Of a stretch of DNA of 64,000 bases, positions 60,906 to 64,000 are shown in pieces (position 1 is the first letter of the stretch; the number at the start of each line of letters is the position of its first letter). Location: the NCBI GenBank assembly GCA_947624985.1, contig CANQMO010000012.1, positions 19,549 through 83,548 of the forward strand, read 5' to 3'. The notes beneath the pieces were generated by a model. It did no database searches. It was not told where the DNA came from and saw nothing but the letters and a program-made list of their open reading frames with translations. The translations under genes were made by a program, and so were the position numbers. This DNA comes from an uncultured Oscillospiraceae bacterium (GTDB lineage Bacteria > Bacillota > Clostridia > Oscillospirales > Oscillospiraceae).

Positions 60906-62156
60906 TCAGCCCAGATTGATGGCGCTCTCGCACTGGCTCTGCGCCTGATCCAGGGCCTCCTGTACCGTTATGGTACCGGAAGCGGCTGCGGACAGGCTCT
61001 CACCGATGAGGTCGCTCATCATGCTGTAATCCTCAATGACGGGAGGAACGACCAGGTAGTTGAGGGAATCGAACACAGCTTCCCGGTTGGCCGGGGGCGT
61101 GATGTCAAGATACCCAGCGAGGGTGTCCTGATCCTTGATGGCGGGCAGATCCCAGCCGGCCTCGATACGGATCTCGGCAGACTTGGGGCTGGAGGTCAGC
61201 CAAGTGATCCAAGTAGCGGCAGCGTCCTTGTGCTCGCTCTTGGCGTTGATGACGCAGGCGTTGGAGAAGAAGTGGGTGGCCTTCTGGACCTGGCCGGGCT
61301 CGACCGCCACATCCCAATCGAAGTCGCAGCCTTCCGTGAAAGTGTTGAAAGCCCAGATGCCGGTGGGGATCATACCCAGACGGCCGCTCATGAACAAATC
61401 CCAGTCACCGATGCCGCCCATCTGCACGTCGGTGGGCTGCACGTTGCTCACCAGCACACGGTCGGCCATCATCTGCGCCGCGGCCACGTTCTCAGGGGCG
61501 TTGATAGTGAACTCGGTCTTGTCCTCGTTGAGAAGGCTGCCGCCAAACTGCGCGGCGACCTTGTAGAATTCGTTATAGGTCAGAGGCTGATAATAGCCAA
61601 AGATGTCGTCACCCAGAGCGCGGATGGCCTCCGCGGCAGCCTGCAGGTCGTCCTGGGTCCAATCGGCGGTGGGATAGTCGACGCCGGCCTGGTCAAAGAG
61701 GTCCTTGTTGTAGAACAGGAGCACATTGGAGAAGTTGCCGGGCAGGCCATACTGCTTGCCGTCCACAGTGAAAGCGCTGAGAGCCGTATCATCCAGGCCG
61801 CTCAGGTCCACGCCCGTGATCTCCTCCAAAGCGCCGTTGTTGGCATAGGCGGCGAAGTTCTCGATGTTCAGCTCATAGCAATCGGGAGCGGTGCCGCCGG
61901 CAACACGGGTCTGCATGGTAGTGAAGTAATCGGCGGAAGCAATGGTCTCGATCTCGACCGTGATATTGGGATACTCCTCATGGAACGCCTCGTACATCTT
62001 CTGAAGCGTCTCCTCGTTTCCGCCGGAAGCGTTGAAGTTGGCGTAGGTGATGGTCACCTCTTCCGCGTCTTCACCCGCGGCGAAGGCACAGACGGAGCCG
62101 AGCATCGCCACCGCCAGCACCACAGCGAGCAGCGAAAAAAGCCTTGTTTTTCTCAT
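60906..62156 (-). CDS. Extracellular sugar-binding protein (ABC family 1)
   Basis: GGAGG RBS. Signal peptide MRKTRLFSLLAVVLAVAMLGSVCAFA. Confidence 0.85.
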   Translation of the reverse strand: MRKTRLFSLLAVVLAVAMLGSVCAFAAGEDAEEVTITYANFNASGGNEETLQKMYEAFHEEYPNITVEIETIASADYFTTMQTRVAGGTAPDCYELNIENFAAYANNGALEEITGVDLSGLDDTALSAFTVDGKQYGLPGNFSNVLLFYNKDLFDQAGVDYPTADWTQDDLQAAAEAIRALGDDIFGYYQPLTYNEFYKVAAQFGGSLLNEDKTEFTINAPENVAAAQMMADRVLVSNVQPTDVQMGGIGDWDLFMSGRLGMIPTGIWAFNTFTEGCDFDWDVAVEPGQVQKATHFFSNACVINAKSEHKDAAATWITWLTSSPKSAEIRIEAGWDLPAIKDQDTLAGYLDITPPANREAVFDSLNYLVVPPVIEDYSMMSDLIGESLSAAASGTITVQEALDQAQSQCESAINLG

Positions 62157-62179
62157 TCGTTTTTCCTCCTTATTGAATG

Positions 62180-62290
62180 TTGATTTTATTGCTCTTTTCG
62201 CCTATAATGATTTTGGCAAAAAGAGTGGGCTTACTTCTTTTGCCGCGGTCTGCACAGGCTTTGACGAGGTGTGCGGACCGCCTTTTTTAT
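62180..62290 (+). ncRNA. Candidate small RNA: near-consensus promoter, two hairpins, U-tract (about 70 nt)
   Basis: TTGATT (62180-62185), a 17-nt spacer, then TATAAT (62203-62208). Hairpin 1 is at 62215-62244 (GGCAAAA..TTTTGCC). Hairpin 2 is at 62245-62281 (GCGGTCTGCACA-N13-TGTGCGGACCGC, 12 bp) followed by CTTTTTTATTT. There is no ORF. It lies in the lacI-SBP intergenic region, opposite to both genes. Confidence 0.35.
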
Positions 62291-63306
62291 TTCAGCTTTT
62301 TCACGGAGCCCCGTTCCACCAGTCCCAACTGCAGTATCTCCTCCTGCTTGGGGAGCGTCGGGTCCTCTATATGGCTCAGCAGCAGCTCCACCGCCTTCTG
62401 CCCCTTCCGGGAAATATCCTGGTGGATCGTGGTGAGGCCGGGCGTCAGGTACTGGGCGATCTCCAGATCGTCGAAGCCAATGACGGAATAGTCAGCCGGC
62501 ACATACTTTCCAGCCTCAAAAAGCCCTTTGATCGCGCCGATGGCCAGAATATCCGCCGCCGCCACGATCCCAGTAACGGGAAGGTCGGCGCTCAACAGCT
62601 CTCCCGACAGCCGGATGCCCGCCGCATAGTCGATCTGCCCCTCGAAAACATATTCCTCCCGGAAGGGGAGATCGTATTCCTCCAGCGCCTGTCTGTAACC
62701 CAGCAGGCGTTTTTTCATAACGCCGTTCTCTTTCAGCTGTCCGGAGAAGAAGGCGATATGCTCATGGCCGCAGTCCAGTATGTATCGGGTCGCCAGGTAG
62801 CTGCCGTAGGCGTCGTCTATGCGGATGTTGTGATAATAGTGGTCGTTGCAGTAGCTGTCGATCAGCACGATGGGTATCTGGGTCTTTTTCATCTGCTGAT
62901 AGAACTCGTCCGGATACATCCCGATCACGATGATGCCGTCCAGGTTTCTCTGTCGCGCCAGGGTCATATAGCTCTCGTTCGCGTCGGTGGCGGAGATGAG
63001 GATGTGGTATCCCCTCTGCCGGGCGTAATACTCGATGCTGCCCAGGATCTCGCTGTAAAAGCTGTTCTGGAACATGAGCCTGTCGCCTGGCTCTGTCTGA
63101 GGAACCACCACGCCGATGAGTTTGGAGTCTCTCATGCTCAGACCTCTGGCGTTCAGGTCAGGCACATAGTCCAGCGCCTCCACCGCCTCCATGATCCGAG
63201 CCTTCGTTTCCTCCGATATCGGGCGCTTCCCGCTCAGCGCGTAGGATACGGTCGCCGGTGTGACACCGGCAAACTGCGCCACATCTTTTAAAGTCGCCCG
63301 CGCCAT
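62287..63306 (-). CDS. LacI-family transcriptional regulator
   Basis: MARATLKDVAQFAGVTPATVSYALSGKRPISEETKARIMEAVEALDYVPDLNARGL is the canonical LacI HTH, followed by a periplasmic-binding-protein-like effector domain. Confidence 0.9.
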   Translation of the reverse strand: MARATLKDVAQFAGVTPATVSYALSGKRPISEETKARIMEAVEALDYVPDLNARGLSMRDSKLIGVVVPQTEPGDRLMFQNSFYSEILGSIEYYARQRGYHILISATDANESYMTLARQRNLDGIIVIGMYPDEFYQQMKKTQIPIVLIDSYCNDHYYHNIRIDDAYGSYLATRYILDCGHEHIAFFSGQLKENGVMKKRLLGYRQALEEYDLPFREEYVFEGQIDYAAGIRLSGELLSADLPVTGIVAAADILAIGAIKGLFEAGKYVPADYSVIGFDDLEIAQYLTPGLTTIHQDISRKGQKAVELLLSHIEDPTLPKQEEILQLGLVERGSVKKLK

Positions 63307-63327
63307 CAGACCGCCTCCTCAAAGAAT

Positions 63328-63339
63328 TTAATCGCTTAA
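63328..63339. promoter_or_regulatory. LacI-type operator candidate O1 (TTAATCGCTTAA)
   Basis: 10/12 palindrome with a central CG, 22 nt upstream of the lacI-family start codon. Confidence 0.45.
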
Positions 63340-63414
63340 ACTACTTTCGATCTAATCATAAAGGCTGTTTACGCATTTGTCAACACCTGTTTTTATATTT
63401 TTCATAAATTTTTA

Positions 63415-63442
63415 TTGACATGCGGCGATTTTATATTATACT
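63415..63442 (+). promoter_or_regulatory. Promoter of the rightward gene at 63496
   Basis: TTGACA (63415-63420), a 16-nt spacer, then TATACT (63437-63442). Confidence 0.55.
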
Positions 63443-63460
63443 TGAACTACTTGAAGTTGT

Positions 63461-63472
63461 TTAAACGCTTAA
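63461..63472. promoter_or_regulatory. LacI-type operator candidate O2 (TTAAACGCTTAA)
   Basis: 10/12 palindrome with a central CG, the same half-sites as O1. It lies 19 nt downstream of the -10 box, between the promoter and the RBS. Confidence 0.5.
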
Positions 63473-63495
63473 CTTCTTATAGGAGAGGTATCCCT

Positions 63496-64000
63496 ATGTA
63501 CAAATATATCCCCACCGGAAATGAGATGGTCTCGCTTCCCGACCTGGACGCGGAGACCGCCGGTCTTGGAAGCGTCACCTTTCTGTCTATGGGCCACAAG
63601 GGCATGATCCGCATCGCGGGCGGAGAAGACCTGCCGCTCATCTCCCCCTGTATAGAAATGAATGGCCGGCAGCTGCCGCTGTGCGGCCTTATATGGACAC
63701 GGGAGCACGACTGGATACCGACACTGCAGGCCAGGGCCGGCTCGCTGGCTGTGACCATGACGGTCCTGCCCCCCGTCGGCGAGAGGGGCTTTGCCCTGCG
63801 TCTGTCGCTGGCCGCACGGGAGAGCTGCTCTGTGTCCTGGGGACTGCACGGCTGCTGGGGCGGAAGCTGGCACTGTGTGAACGAGGATAAGCCTCTGGAC
63901 GGGGTTGCCCGCTGCTATAAGAGCGGCTGGAACGACAGCCTCATCTTTGACTTCCGCTGCGGAGCTCCGCTGTTCGCATTCGCTCCTATGATGAGCCAGC
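63496..64000 (+). CDS. 5' part of an unidentified CDS (runs off the window), probably a glycan-active enzyme under LacI control
   Basis: TAGGAGAGG RBS precedes ATG 63496. The frame stays open to the end of the window (MYKYIPTGNEMVSLPDLDAETAGLGSVTFLSMGHKGMIRIAGGEDLPLISPCIEMNGRQLPL...). It is not in the ORF track because no stop codon is reached. The family was not recognised. Confidence 0.55.
   Translation, partial: MYKYIPTGNEMVSLPDLDAETAGLGSVTFLSMGHKGMIRIAGGEDLPLISPCIEMNGRQLPLCGLIWTREHDWIPTLQARAGSLAVTMTVLPPVGERGFALRLSLAARESCSVSWGLHGCWGGSWHCVNEDKPLDGVARCYKSGWNDSLIFDFRCGAPLFAFAPMMSQ

Noticed and set aside
1-64000. Scan for CRISPR repeats, tRNA/rRNA genes, and retron- or DGR-like repeats
   Set aside because: I noticed no regularly spaced direct repeats, no cloverleaf-like or rRNA-like conserved stretches, and no template/variable repeat pairs by eye. 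A computational scan (tRNAscan-SE, Infernal, CRISPR finder) would be needed for certainty.

Overview
GC-rich (by eye about 60%) chromosomal segment whose gene content and Shine-Dalgarno usage fit a gut Clostridia anaerobe; an Oscillospiraceae-type lineage is only an inference. No rRNA, tRNA or CRISPR array was seen. Many long ORFs in the six-frame track are antisense artefacts of the high GC content and were discarded. Layout: (1) 1-8.3 kb holds the right end of a serine-recombinase mobile element, then a 6.2-kb mosaic of intact genes (Fe-S aldo/keto reductase, tag, an XRE cassette, a LarA-like gene) and at least five gene fragments. This mosaic is bracketed by a roughly 95-bp direct repeat of the recombinase 3' end plus its terminator. 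(2) 8.3-19.2 kb carries housekeeping-type transport and amino-acid genes: two DUF554 paralogues, a polar amino-acid ABC system with an AraC regulator, a DAACS symporter, an aminotransferase, a stand-alone E2-like acyltransferase, a CPA2 antiporter and TspO. (3) 19.3-38.5 kb is a rhamnose/uronate locus. It contains rhaB, an AraA/FucI-family isomerase, rhaD and fucO, then a YesLMNOPQ-like sensor/transport set with GH88, DUF2264, a heparinase II/III-like lyase and rhaM. (4) 38.5-50.7 kb is an accessory stress/redox island with gene fragments, an ArsR-AraC fusion regulator plus HMA protein and P1B-ATPase, a flavodoxin/HxlR pair, and a CXXC microprotein with polyferredoxin and a TlpA lipoprotein. 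It also carries an Rrf2 regulator with two radical-SAM genes, divergent from a tandem Sir2-like/Sir2-like/HD operon, and ends in an IS remnant. (5) 50.9-56.6 kb is a five-gene peptide ABC operon. (6) 56.8-64 kb has a brnQ remnant abutting a GH31/ABC/LacI sugar locus. The most promising undescribed module is the bidirectional Rrf2/rSAM-pair and Sir2-Sir2-HD unit at 45.6-50.3 kb.
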